A program made the position numbers and the translations under genes. Below are positions 20,433 to 30,073 of a stretch of DNA of 64,000 nucleotides, one piece after another (the stretch's first letter is position 1; every line of letters starts with the position of its first letter). This DNA is from an uncultured Bacilli bacterium (GTDB lineage Bacteria > Bacillota_I > Bacilli_A > RF39 > UBA660): contig CAKOXP010000003.1 in assembly GCA_934130175.1 (NCBI GenBank), forward strand, positions 27,494 through 91,493. Reading direction: 5' to 3'. A model generated the notes under the pieces. It ran no database searches and was not told the origin of the DNA. It worked only from the letters and a program-made list of their open reading frames with translations.

Positions 20433-21632
20433 ATGAAAGTAATTTCTATTAATGCCGGAAGTAGTTCCTTAAAATTTAAATTATTTGACATGACAACAGA
20501 GGAAGTTATTGCATCAGGATTATTTGAAAGAATAGGAATTGATGGAAGTTTTTATACAATTAAATATGGTAGTGAAAGTATAAGAGAGGATATTGAACTT
20601 CCAGACCAAACAACAGCAGTTCGTATTTTACTTGATAAGTTAATAGCCTTAGAAATTATTTCATCTTTAGAAGATATTAGTGGAATTGGACATCGTGTCG
20701 TTTCAGGTGGAGAAAAATATAAAGACTCTGTTTTAGTTACAGATCAAGTTATAGAAGATATTGAAGCAATGAAAGATTTTGCACCACTTCACAATGTTCA
20801 ATCAGCAAAAGTTATGAGAGCATTTAAAGAGGTTTTACCAACTGTAGATATGGTAGCAATTTTTGATACAACATTCCATCAAACTATGAAGGAAGAAAAC
20901 TTCTTATACCCAGTTCCATATGAGTGGTATACAAATTATAAGGTTCGTAAATATGGAGCACATGGAACAAGTTATCGTTATGTTGTTGAAGAAATGGAAA
21001 AAACACTTGGTAAGAAAGATATAAAAGCAATAATTTGCCATTTAGGTAGTGGAGCATCAATCGCCGCTGTTGAAAATGGTAAATCAGTTGATACATCAAT
21101 GGGATTTACACCAGTATCTGGTATTATGATGGCAACACGTGCAGGAGATATTGATCCTTCAATTATTACTTATATTATGGAAAAAGAAGGTAAAAATGCG
21201 TTAGAAGTTTTAGATGATTTAAATCATAATTCAGGAATGCTTGGATTTAGTGAAGTAAGTTCAGATTGCCGTGATATTGAACGTGAAATGCATGAAGGAA
21301 ATGAAAGATGCAAATTAACTCTAGAACTTTATTATAAGAGAATAGTTTCTTATATAGCATCATACTATTGCTTATTAAACAAAGCAGATATCATTGTATT
21401 TACTGGCGGTATAGGAGAAAATAGATCTCTTGTAAGATCAAATATTATTAATAAATTATCTTGTTTAGGTATTACTATTGATGAAGAGAAAAATAGTGAA
21501 GAAGATAATCCTTTGAAAGGCAAGATTAGAAAGATTAGTACGGATTCATCTAGTATCCCAGTTTATGTAATTCCTACTAACGAAGAATTAGTTATGGCTA
21601 GAGATACTTTAAGAATCGTAAATAATAGGTAA
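20433..21632 (+). CDS. ackA: Acetate kinase
   Basis: MKVISINAGSSSLKFKLFDM N-terminus, internal VHRVVSGGE-type motifs (IGHRVVSGGE), 399 aa. Confidence 0.92.
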   Translation: MKVISINAGSSSLKFKLFDMTTEEVIASGLFERIGIDGSFYTIKYGSESIREDIELPDQTTAVRILLDKLIALEIISSLEDISGIGHRVVSGGEKYKDSVLVTDQVIEDIEAMKDFAPLHNVQSAKVMRAFKEVLPTVDMVAIFDTTFHQTMKEENFLYPVPYEWYTNYKVRKYGAHGTSYRYVVEEMEKTLGKKDIKAIICHLGSGASIAAVENGKSVDTSMGFTPVSGIMMATRAGDIDPSIITYIMEKEGKNALEVLDDLNHNSGMLGFSEVSSDCRDIEREMHEGNERCKLTLELYYKRIVSYIASYYCLLNKADIIVFTGGIGENRSLVRSNIINKLSCLGITIDEEKNSEEDNPLKGKIRKISTDSSSIPVYVIPTNEELVMARDTLRIVNNR

Positions 21633-21636
21633 ATAT

Positions 21637-22596
21637 ATGTACAAAAAAATATTTAAAGAAATAAAGAAATATGATACTATTGTCATTGCTCGTCATATTG
21701 GAGTAGACCCTGATGCTATGGCAAGCCAAATTGCATTTCGTGATTCCATTAAATTAACATTTCCAGAAAAGCGTGTTTTAGCTGTTGGTACTGGTAGTGC
21801 TAAATTTAGATATATTGGTAACTTAGATAAACTAGAAAACATAAATGATGCTTTATTAATAGTTGTTGATACGCCAGATAAAAGACGTGTTGATATTACA
21901 TCATTTGATGGATTTAGTGAAATGATTAAGATAGATCATCATCCATTTATAGAAAAGTTCTGTGATATAGAACTAATTGAAGATGATAGATCTTCAGCAG
22001 CAGAAATAATTATGGAACTAATTAAAGATACTAAACTATTATGTAATGAAAATATTGCTAGAACTCTATTTATAGGTTTAGCTTCTGATTCAAATAGATT
22101 CCTATTTAATAGTTGTTCTGCAAATACCTTTAAGTTAGTTGGTGAATATCTAGAAGAATATAAATTTGATATGTATGATATTTATCAACAAATGTATGCA
22201 AGACCATTAAAAGAAGTAAGATTAGAAGGATACATGTCTGAAAATATGGAAGTTACTAAACATGGTGTTGGCTATATGAAAGTTAGTGATGAAATTATCA
22301 ATAAGTTTGAAGCAGATTCAGCTTCAGCTGGTAATGTTGTTAATAATTTCAATTTTATTGAAGGTGTTTATATCTGGCTTACTATTACAGAAGATGTTAA
22401 AAATGAATATTATCGTATTTCAATCCGTTCACGCGGACCAGAAATTAATCAAGTAGCAGAAAAATATCATGGTGGCGGACATAAATTCGCTAGTGGTGTT
22501 AAATTACAGACTATACAAGAAGCTATGTTACTTGTTGAAGATTTAGATAAAGCTTTAGAAAAATATTTAAAAGAGCAAGATAAAGGGGATGAATAA
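21637..22596 (+). CDS. DHH-family phosphoesterase (NrnA-like bifunctional oligoribonuclease/pAp phosphatase)
   Basis: DHH motifs (IARHIGVDPDAMAS, DHH at the KIDHHP region) and a DHHA1-like C-terminus (GGGH). Confidence 0.7.
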   Translation: MYKKIFKEIKKYDTIVIARHIGVDPDAMASQIAFRDSIKLTFPEKRVLAVGTGSAKFRYIGNLDKLENINDALLIVVDTPDKRRVDITSFDGFSEMIKIDHHPFIEKFCDIELIEDDRSSAAEIIMELIKDTKLLCNENIARTLFIGLASDSNRFLFNSCSANTFKLVGEYLEEYKFDMYDIYQQMYARPLKEVRLEGYMSENMEVTKHGVGYMKVSDEIINKFEADSASAGNVVNNFNFIEGVYIWLTITEDVKNEYYRISIRSRGPEINQVAEKYHGGGHKFASGVKLQTIQEAMLLVEDLDKALEKYLKEQDKGDE

Positions 22597-22597
22597 T

Positions 22598-23197
22598 ATG
22601 GATATAAAGAAATGTGAATTAGAAGTTATTGCGACAAGAAGAAGTCAATATCCAGAAAGAATGAAACCAGAATTCTTATTAGTAGGAAGAAGTAATGTAG
22701 GTAAAAGTAGTTTTATTAATACAATTTTATCTCGTAAGAATTTAGCTTATACTTCTTCTCGTCCTGGTAAAACTCAAACTCTAAATTTTTACTCTGTAAA
22801 CGATGCATTTTATTTAATAGATGTTCCTGGTTATGGTTATGCGCAAGTAGATAAAAAAACACAAGCTAAATTTGGAATGATGATAGAAGAGTATCTTGAA
22901 AAAAGAGAACAATTAAAAAGAGTTTTCATGTTAGTAGACTTTAGACATAAACCATCAGAAGATGATGTGTTGATGTATAATTTTCTAAAATATTATAAAG
23001 TTCCTGTAACAATAATTGCAACTAAGGCAGATAAAATAGGTGGAAGTAAAAAAGATAAGTGTTTGAAATTAATTTTAGATACACTAGATTTAGTAGTAGG
23101 TGATGACTTAATAGTTTTCTCTAGTGTTACTAAATTAGGAGTAAAAGAAGTTCATCAGAAATTAGAAGAGTTAAGTGGAGAAGAAGAAACCATTTAA
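22598..23197 (+). CDS. engB: Ribosome biogenesis GTP-binding protein YsxC/EngB
   Basis: G1 GRSNVGKSS, G3 DVPGYG, G4 TKADK; about 195 aa. Start moved to ATG 22598 (RBS AAAGGGGA). Confidence 0.85.
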   Translation: MDIKKCELEVIATRRSQYPERMKPEFLLVGRSNVGKSSFINTILSRKNLAYTSSRPGKTQTLNFYSVNDAFYLIDVPGYGYAQVDKKTQAKFGMMIEEYLEKREQLKRVFMLVDFRHKPSEDDVLMYNFLKYYKVPVTIIATKADKIGGSKKDKCLKLILDTLDLVVGDDLIVFSSVTKLGVKEVHQKLEELSGEEETI

Positions 23198-23230
23198 CTC
23201 TTTTTTCATACAATACTGTAGGTGAAGTTA

Positions 23231-23692
23231 ATGAAAATAGAAAGAATTAATGACGATGATTTAGATATCTACGTAAATCCATATAACTTCAAGTTAGTAG
23301 CGTGTTATGATAAAGATTCTCTAGTAAAATTCATTAAAGATATTCTAACAAAAATAGATATTAGATATAAAATTAATTGGTGTGGATTCTATAAAATAAA
23401 GGCCTACTTTAATAGTAAAGTTGGAATGTTTTTAAATGTAATTAAAATAGATGATAACGATTTTAATAATGAAGCAGATTATAGAATTATTCTTTTTAGA
23501 AATGATAAATTTCTATTTGAAACTGATGACTATGATATTATAAAAGATAAAAAGAATATTAGGTTTTATAATAATTTATTCTATATTGATGTTGAAGATA
23601 TTGACGATATTATTCCATTTATTGATATGGGAAGAATTATCTATGGGGATGAGTCAAAGAAAATTTTATTACAAGCAAAAAATCTAAAATAA
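23231..23692 (+). CDS. MecA-family adaptor-like protein (short form)
   Basis: N-terminus MKIERINDDDLDIYV resembles MecA MEIERINEHTVKFYM. The C-terminus ...FYIDVEDIDDIIPFIDMG... resembles the MecA C-terminal domain. Only 153 aa versus 218 in B. subtilis. RBS AGGTGA lies 7 nt before ATG 23231. Confidence 0.4.
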   Translation: MKIERINDDDLDIYVNPYNFKLVACYDKDSLVKFIKDILTKIDIRYKINWCGFYKIKAYFNSKVGMFLNVIKIDDNDFNNEADYRIILFRNDKFLFETDDYDIIKDKKNIRFYNNLFYIDVEDIDDIIPFIDMGRIIYGDESKKILLQAKNLK

Positions 23693-23696
23693 AAAA

Positions 23697-23716
23697 AAGA
23701 GTCGTTAAACTCTTTA
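23697..23716. terminator. Bidirectional terminator between the mecA-like gene (+) and spoIVA (-)
   Basis: AAGAGT-cgttaa-ACTCTT hairpin flanked by A8 and T runs. Confidence 0.5.
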
Positions 23717-25189
23717 AATTACAATGGCTATCATATTATTAGAACCCTTATTAACTACTTTAGTAAGCGTTTGTTGTAATTTATATCTAATGTTATCTGG
23801 CATTAGATTTATTTTTGATTGAATTCCTTCTTGAACAATATTATCTAAACTTCTACCAAATATTTCACTTTTCCAAATACTTGTTGGGTCATTTTCTTGA
23901 TCTTTCATTAAATAATCAATTAATTCCTTACTTTGAACTTCACTACCAATAATAGGTTCAAAAGTAGATTCTACATCAACTCTAATCATATGGATAGATG
24001 GAGCAATAGCTTTAAGTTTTACTCCATATCTAGGTCCTTGTTTAACAATTTCAGGTTTATCAAGCTTCATGTCATTTAATGTTGGAGTAGCAACACCATA
24101 ACCTGTTTGTTTAACCATTTTTAGAGCATATTTTATTTGGTCATATTCACGTTTTGCGACATTAAAGTCTTGGAATAGTGCTAGTAAGTCTGCTTTATTT
24201 TTAACGTCAACATCAATAATTTCAGTTAAAGTTTTATTATATAAAACAGCAGGTGCACATAAGTCGATTGTAACAATACCAGTTGAAGGATCTACATTTG
24301 ATAGATAACTTTTTTCAATCATTTCATTATTTAAGAAATGTTTAGTAATATTATCAATATCACGTAGTTTATCCACCTCAACTACACTTTCTTTAATAGC
24401 CTTAATATATTCTTTCTTAACTGGATGATCTGGATTTAATATGGCAATCCATTCAGGCATATTAACTTTAACTTCTAAGATTGGAAATTCATATAAAGCT
24501 TCTTTTAAGATATCATACATATCTTTTTCAGTCATAGCTTCAATACTAATAGGCATAACAGGTACATTATGTTCTTCTTTTAATGAATTAGCAAGTCGTT
24601 CTGTTTCAGGTAGAGTTGGATGAGTAGAATTTAAAAGTACAATAAATGGTTTACCAATACTTTTTAATTCACTTATAACTCTGTTTTCAGCCTCTAAATA
24701 ATCATTACGATCAAATTCTCCAATCGAACCATCAGTAGTTACAACTATACCAATAGTTGAATGATCTTTAATTACTTTTTCAGTACCAACTTCAGCTGCT
24801 TCTACAAAAGGTATTTCTTCTGTATACCATGGAGTTTTTACCATACGTGGACCATTTTCATCACTTGCTCCAACAGCCTTATCAATAACATATCCAACAC
24901 AATCAACTAATCTTATATTACAACTAAAATCATCAATATTAATTTTAGCAGCATTATTAGGAACAAATTTTGGTTCTGTAGTCATAATAGTTTTTCCAGC
25001 AGCACTTTGTGGAATTTCATCAAGAGCTCTTTTTCTTTCATATTCATCTTCGATATTAGGAACAATTAATGTCTCTACCATTTTTTTGATAAAAGTAGAT
25101 TTTCCAGTTCTTACTGCTCCAACTACACCAAGATAAATATCTCCGCCACTTCTTTCAGCTATATTTTTAATTAATTCTTTTTTATCCAT
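23714..25189 (-). CDS. spoIVA: Stage IV sporulation protein A (spore coat morphogenetic ATPase)
   Basis: DIAERSGGDIYLGVVGAVRTGKSTFIKK...IPQSAAGKTIMTTEPKFVPN is near-identical to B. subtilis SpoIVA. Start at ATG 25189 with the RBS AAAGGAGA 7 nt upstream. Confidence 0.9.
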   Translation of the reverse strand: MDKKELIKNIAERSGGDIYLGVVGAVRTGKSTFIKKMVETLIVPNIEDEYERKRALDEIPQSAAGKTIMTTEPKFVPNNAAKINIDDFSCNIRLVDCVGYVIDKAVGASDENGPRMVKTPWYTEEIPFVEAAEVGTEKVIKDHSTIGIVVTTDGSIGEFDRNDYLEAENRVISELKSIGKPFIVLLNSTHPTLPETERLANSLKEEHNVPVMPISIEAMTEKDMYDILKEALYEFPILEVKVNMPEWIAILNPDHPVKKEYIKAIKESVVEVDKLRDIDNITKHFLNNEMIEKSYLSNVDPSTGIVTIDLCAPAVLYNKTLTEIIDVDVKNKADLLALFQDFNVAKREYDQIKYALKMVKQTGYGVATPTLNDMKLDKPEIVKQGPRYGVKLKAIAPSIHMIRVDVESTFEPIIGSEVQSKELIDYLMKDQENDPTSIWKSEIFGRSLDNIVQEGIQSKINLMPDNIRYKLQQTLTKVVNKGSNNMIAIVI

Positions 25190-25295
25190 TAACATTCTCC
25201 TTTATTCATTTTAAACTTATGTAAAGTAATGTTAATATATGCTTAAAATGTAGAAAATTAATGTTATACTAAAAATGAGAAAGAAAGGTTATAGT

Positions 25296-26672
25296 ATGGA
25301 ATTAATAGATTTTTATAAAAATTTGGAAAATCCTCTTAGTAATACGGAACAGTTTTTAAAAATAATAGAAGCCTATTCAAAAAGTATTGATGGTGGCTTT
25401 TATAAACAATTAGTATATTTTACTCCTAAAGATAGTTCACCGAGATATTTTCTTGCTGATGAAAACGAACTAACATCTCATCTATTTAACACTTGGAAAA
25501 ATAGAATTACCTCAATGGAACTTAGTACATTTCATAGACTTAGGGATGAGGGGAAAATCGCTAATGACTTTGCCTATATGCGGTCATACTTGAAGAAAGT
25601 TCCTGATGTTTCAACAAGTTTTGATGCTAGAAAAATATTATTTTTAAATGAAGATGAAGCCATGACTGAAACCATAGATCGATATAGATGGAATAGAATG
25701 GATGATCCTACATGGATACATGTTTCTTCATTATATGTTAATTCTTATCAAGAAGAAAATTTCGATGTAGAACATAGACTTTACTTAAATATGGAATTAA
25801 TTGATACTTATAAAATAGTTAATCTATTTTTAAAAGGTTGTGAAGAAAGAAATCTTCCATACTACTTTAAATTTGATAGGACTGGTTCCAGAGATGATTC
25901 CTTAGTTATTTATTCTGATACTTTAAATTTAGCTAACTATATTTCTATTCTTGAAGATATAAAAAACAAACATAAAGATTTAGCTGAAAAAATAAAAAGG
26001 CCACCTATTTTAACTGGGATGGTAAATGAATTTATTGGATACGGTTCAGAGCCATTAGATAAGAAGTCATCTTATACTATGAAGCGTTCTTCTATTATTG
26101 AAAAAGCAATAAAAGATGAAACTTTAGATTGGTTATCAAAAAATAAGAATAAGAAAGTAAGATATAACGGGAAATATATTGATTTTTATGACTATTTAAG
26201 TAAAAAGTCAACTATAACTTTTTTTGAACAATTAAAGTTTAACTTATCAAAATCCAGTAACCTAGGATATTCTTTATCCGATTTAAATGATACTACTTAT
26301 GAAAATGTTTATCAAATAATTAAAAATAGAATTAATACTAGTTACGATGACATTTGTAATAATGATAGGTTAGATAATATTAGTTTTGAAGTTAGAAATG
26401 GAAAGAGTATTATCTTTAATAAAGAAATGTTAGATACTACAATAAAAGAATTAACTATTCAAATAGCAAATCATGATAATAGTTATTTGGAAGGTATTAA
26501 AAAGAAAATAGAATCAGATTCTGAACCATATGGAATTAATAAAGATAATTTTGCTTTCGATACTTTAAATAAAAATTTGATTGAATCTAGAATAACACAA
26601 GAAAAAGGCCTTGATGATATGCTTGAAAGTGAAAATCATTCCGTTCAAATAAAAAGTAATATACATAAGTAG
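25296..26672 (+). CDS. Hypothetical protein (~459 aa) embedded in the sporulation-gene neighbourhood
   Basis: Long ORF. Start moved to ATG 25296 (RBS AGAAAGG 8 nt upstream). No recognisable motifs; Asn/Lys-rich C-terminal half. Confidence 0.5.
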   Translation: MELIDFYKNLENPLSNTEQFLKIIEAYSKSIDGGFYKQLVYFTPKDSSPRYFLADENELTSHLFNTWKNRITSMELSTFHRLRDEGKIANDFAYMRSYLKKVPDVSTSFDARKILFLNEDEAMTETIDRYRWNRMDDPTWIHVSSLYVNSYQEENFDVEHRLYLNMELIDTYKIVNLFLKGCEERNLPYYFKFDRTGSRDDSLVIYSDTLNLANYISILEDIKNKHKDLAEKIKRPPILTGMVNEFIGYGSEPLDKKSSYTMKRSSIIEKAIKDETLDWLSKNKNKKVRYNGKYIDFYDYLSKKSTITFFEQLKFNLSKSSNLGYSLSDLNDTTYENVYQIIKNRINTSYDDICNNDRLDNISFEVRNGKSIIFNKEMLDTTIKELTIQIANHDNSYLEGIKKKIESDSEPYGINKDNFAFDTLNKNLIESRITQEKGLDDMLESENHSVQIKSNIHK

Positions 26673-26679
26673 TATATTA

Positions 26680-26919
26680 CTAAAACATTTTATCAATATC
26701 TTTAGGAACATTATCCTTTACAATAGCGTTAACTATTTTATCTTCTTTTTCTTTTGAAACTTCTTTTCCAGTTATTGAAGAAATTTCTTGAACCATATCT
26801 CTTAGAACTTTCTCATCTTTCATATCGGAATTTTGAAGTTTTTTTGCTAAAGACATAATTGTTTCTTTATTTACATTAGTCTTTTTTTCAACTTTTTTAA
26901 AGAATCCATCTCCAAACAT
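26680..26919 (-). CDS. Stage VI sporulation protein F-like (SpoVIF/YjcC family)
   Basis: FFKKVEKKTNVNKETIMSLAKKLQNSDMKDEKVLRDMVQEIS...KEKEDKIVNAIV aligns well with B. subtilis SpoVIF (FFKNIEKKTGVKMQDVMNLAGSLQNANFKDE...ELEDKIVESI). RBS AGGAGG. Confidence 0.6.
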   Translation of the reverse strand: MFGDGFFKKVEKKTNVNKETIMSLAKKLQNSDMKDEKVLRDMVQEISSITGKEVSKEKEDKIVNAIVKDNVPKDIDKMF

Positions 26920-26965
26920 ATATTATATCCTCCTATGATAATATATGTTATAAAGATATTTTTTG

Positions 26966-26992
26966 TACAAAAAAACACTATAGATTAGTGTT
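26966..26992 (-). terminator. Rho-independent terminator (minus strand) after the small der-coupled gene
   Basis: Minus-strand AACACTA-atct-TAGTGTT followed by T7. Confidence 0.5.
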
Positions 26993-27181
26993 TTAATATT
27001 GTTTTCTTTCTTTTTTAGCAAGAGCTTTTTGATACTTTTCACGCTTTTTAGCAATTACTTCACATTGTTTTGTAAACTCTTCAATTGTAATAGCTTTCTT
27101 TTCATATCTATCTTGTAATATTTCTAAAGCTCTATCTAATCCTTCTAATTCAGTTTTAGGATCTTTATTTTGAAAAAACAT
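26993..27181 (-). CDS. Small SHOCT-like helical protein, hypothetical
   Basis: 62 aa with the motif LEILQDRYEKKAITIEEFTKQ (SHOCT-like). ATG 27181 is 1 nt downstream of the der stop, with GGAG 9 nt upstream (translational coupling). Confidence 0.35.
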   Translation of the reverse strand: MFFQNKDPKTELEGLDRALEILQDRYEKKAITIEEFTKQCEVIAKKREKYQKALAKKERKQY

Positions 27182-27182
27182 A

Positions 27183-28493
27183 TTATTCATCTCCACTTCT
27201 ATTTTTAAATTGTAAAATAATTGGAGTTCCTTCTAAATCAAAATTCTCACGTAATTTATTTTCTAAATATCTTTCGTATGAGAAGTGAACTAATCCTTTA
27301 TTATTAACTCTTAAAGTGAATTTTGGTGGTTTAATACCAGTTTGACTTGTAAAATATATTTTAAGTCTTTTTCCTTTATAAGAAGGTGGAATATTTAATT
27401 GATAAGCATCTAAGATAACATCATTTAAAACGCTTGTCTTTATTTCTTTCTTAATATTTTCACTTACTTTAATAACCTCAGGCATCAATGTATGAATTCT
27501 TTTTTTAGTTAGAGCTGATAATACAACTATCGGAGCATACGGTGCGAATTGGAATTCAGCTCTCATAAGCTTTTTAAAATCTTGAATAGTAGTATCTTTT
27601 ACCATATCCCATTTATTAACAACAAAAATAATTCCTTTACCTTTTTCAATAGCGTATCCAGCAATATGTTTATCGTGTTCAGTAATACCTTCTTCGGCAT
27701 TAATTACAACTAGACAAACATCACTTCTATCTATTGCTCTCATTGATCTTAAAAGACTATACTTCTCAATTGATTCAAAAACACGTCCTTTTTTTCTCAT
27801 ACCAGCAGTATCAATTAAAATATATTCTTCTTTTTGATATTTTAAAATAGAGTCTATTGAATCTCTTGTAGTTCCAGCAATATTAGAAACAACAACACGT
27901 TCTTCATTAAGAAGCGCATTCATTAAAGAACTTTTTCCAACATTAGGACGACCAATAATACTTAGTTTTAATCTTTTATCATCATCATTGTTATCATTTT
28001 CATGAAAATCCATTGTAATAGTATCAAGTAACTCTACATAACCAGTATTGTGAATACTACTAATTGGTATATAAGTATCAAATCCTAATTCATAAAAATC
28101 ATATAAATTATCTTTAGCTTCTTTAACATCTATTTTATTAATTGCGACAATAACTTTTTTATTGCTCTTTCTTAAAATATCTCTAACAACTAAATCGTTA
28201 TGTGTAAGTCCTTCCTTACCATCAACAACAAATAAAATGATATCTGCTTCTTCAATCGCAATTTCGGCTTGTATTTTAATTTCAGCATTAAAACTTTGAT
28301 TACTAACATCAATACCACCAGTATCGATTAAAAAGAATTTTTTACCATTATAATTAGCTTCTTGATAAAGTCTATCCCTAGTTACTCCAGGAACATCTTC
28401 AATTATCGCAACTTTTTTACCTACAATTTTATTAAAAAGGGTACTTTTCCCAACATTAGGTCTTCCCACTATTGCAACCACAGGTACTGCCAT
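27183..28493 (-). CDS. der: Ribosome biogenesis GTPase Der (EngA), tandem GTPase domains plus KH-like
   Basis: Two G domains (GRPNVGKSTLFN; GRPNVGKSSLMN) and a C-terminal KH-like domain. Confidence 0.92.
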   Translation of the reverse strand: MAVPVVAIVGRPNVGKSTLFNKIVGKKVAIIEDVPGVTRDRLYQEANYNGKKFFLIDTGGIDVSNQSFNAEIKIQAEIAIEEADIILFVVDGKEGLTHNDLVVRDILRKSNKKVIVAINKIDVKEAKDNLYDFYELGFDTYIPISSIHNTGYVELLDTITMDFHENDNNDDDKRLKLSIIGRPNVGKSSLMNALLNEERVVVSNIAGTTRDSIDSILKYQKEEYILIDTAGMRKKGRVFESIEKYSLLRSMRAIDRSDVCLVVINAEEGITEHDKHIAGYAIEKGKGIIFVVNKWDMVKDTTIQDFKKLMRAEFQFAPYAPIVVLSALTKKRIHTLMPEVIKVSENIKKEIKTSVLNDVILDAYQLNIPPSYKGKRLKIYFTSQTGIKPPKFTLRVNNKGLVHFSYERYLENKLRENFDLEGTPIILQFKNRSGDE

Positions 28494-28620
28494 AATATCC
28501 CCTCCAAACTAGCTGTATTATAACATAATTACTATTAGTTGTAAATAAATGAAATCTAGTTCAAATTATTATCTTTAAAAGTTGTTTTCTATGGTATAAT
28601 CTTATTAGGATGGTGATGTT

Positions 28621-29592
28621 ATGGATAAAAACATTAAAAATGAAAGAGAGTGGTTTAATAATTCAAATATTATTACTACAGTTGCGATAGCGCTTCTTAC
28701 TTTGATTATTATTTTATCTCAATCTTACGCAGTTAAAAATAATTTATCAACAAATGATATTTTAAGAAATTTATTAAATCATAATACATTATATATAATA
28801 GGATTAATTTACTTCATACCATTAAAGACTAAAGCTGGTAAGAAATATTTTAATTATTTAAATGTTTTCTTAATTTTAATTTACTTCATATTTTCAATAA
28901 CTTCTTTATTATCAGTTATTAGATCATTTGGTATAACATCATTAATTAGTTTCGGTATTAACATCGTATTCTTTATTTATATGATTCATGTATTTATGAA
29001 AAATACAAGATTTTGGAAAGAACTTAAACTTGAAAAATCTCCATTTAATGAAATAAAGAATGAAGGATATTTCTACACAATAGTAGTATTAGCTATAATT
29101 TTATTAGTAATGAATTTAATTTATTCAGAAAATTTTGATGGAGTAGTTTTATCATTAGTAAGTATTGCTTACACTATTGTTTTAGCAAGATATATTTACT
29201 CTTATGGACTTTATCTTGATTTAAGTAATGAAGATAAGAAAGCTTTAGCACATGATTTATTTGTAGAAATAGATTTATTAGATAAGGATTTACCTAAACT
29301 AAAAAAACTCGCTAATGAAGTTTCATCACATGAATTAAATGGTTATCAAATAGTTGCTTTAGTAACCTTTGGAATAGGATTTTGCGTTGGAATAATCTTT
29401 GGAAATTTATTTCCTTCATGTGGAACTACTTCAGGACTTTATACTAAGGTATGTAACACAACAGAATTTAACTTTTCGTTAACTATTTGTATTTGGTTTG
29501 CTAGTTTCTTAATATGTGTATTCTTCTATGCTATTGGAAATATCATTTCTTTATTAGAATCAATTAATACTAAGTTAAAACCTAAGAAATAA
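28621..29592 (+). CDS. Polytopic membrane protein, hypothetical
   Basis: About 8 predicted TM helices; no family recognised. Confidence 0.5.
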   Translation: MDKNIKNEREWFNNSNIITTVAIALLTLIIILSQSYAVKNNLSTNDILRNLLNHNTLYIIGLIYFIPLKTKAGKKYFNYLNVFLILIYFIFSITSLLSVIRSFGITSLISFGINIVFFIYMIHVFMKNTRFWKELKLEKSPFNEIKNEGYFYTIVVLAIILLVMNLIYSENFDGVVLSLVSIAYTIVLARYIYSYGLYLDLSNEDKKALAHDLFVEIDLLDKDLPKLKKLANEVSSHELNGYQIVALVTFGIGFCVGIIFGNLFPSCGTTSGLYTKVCNTTEFNFSLTICIWFASFLICVFFYAIGNIISLLESINTKLKPKK

Positions 29593-29731
29593 AAATTGGC
29601 TAATTTTTTGTCTATAAGTACAAGAAATTGGCTTTTTTTATGCATTTTTATTGCAATTTCATATAATTCATGGTAGATTTAATATGTAAGCATAACATGC
29701 TTAATAAGACACATAGGGAGGTATAATTTAC

Positions 29732-30004
29732 ATGAAAAAAGTAGAATTAGTTGAAGCAGTTGCTGAAAAAGCTGGATTAACAAAAGCTGATGCAACAAGA
29801 GCTATTGATGCAACTTTTGCAGCAATTACAGAAGCTTTATCAAAAGGAGATAAAATTGCATTAGTAGGATTTGGTACTTTTGCAGTATCTAAGAGAGAAG
29901 CTAGAGAAGGACGTAATCCAAGAACTGGAGAAACTGTTAAAATCGCTGCTAGAAATGCTGTTACTTTCAAAGCAGGATCAGCATTAAAAGAATCTGTAAA
30001 TTAA
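29732..30004 (+). CDS. hup: DNA-binding protein HU
   Basis: MKKVELVEAVAEKAGLTKADA...GFGTFAVSKREAREGRNPRTGE; 90 aa. Confidence 0.92.
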   Translation: MKKVELVEAVAEKAGLTKADATRAIDATFAAITEALSKGDKIALVGFGTFAVSKREAREGRNPRTGETVKIAARNAVTFKAGSALKESVN

Positions 30005-30006
30005 TA

Positions 30007-30032
30007 AAAAAAGAAGCCTTATGCTTCTTTTA
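30007..30032 (+). terminator. Rho-independent terminator after hup
   Basis: GAAGCaTaAGGCTTC-type hairpin (AAGAAGCCTTATGCTTCTTTT) followed by a T run. Confidence 0.6.
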
Positions 30033-30073
30033 TTTTGTCTTAGTCGTGTTATAATATAAGTAGGTGATGAAAT

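Noticed and set aside
29728-29970. Antisense 80-aa ORF overlapping hup
   Set aside because: It lies completely inside the highly conserved HU gene on the opposite strand; hup is unambiguous, so this is spurious.
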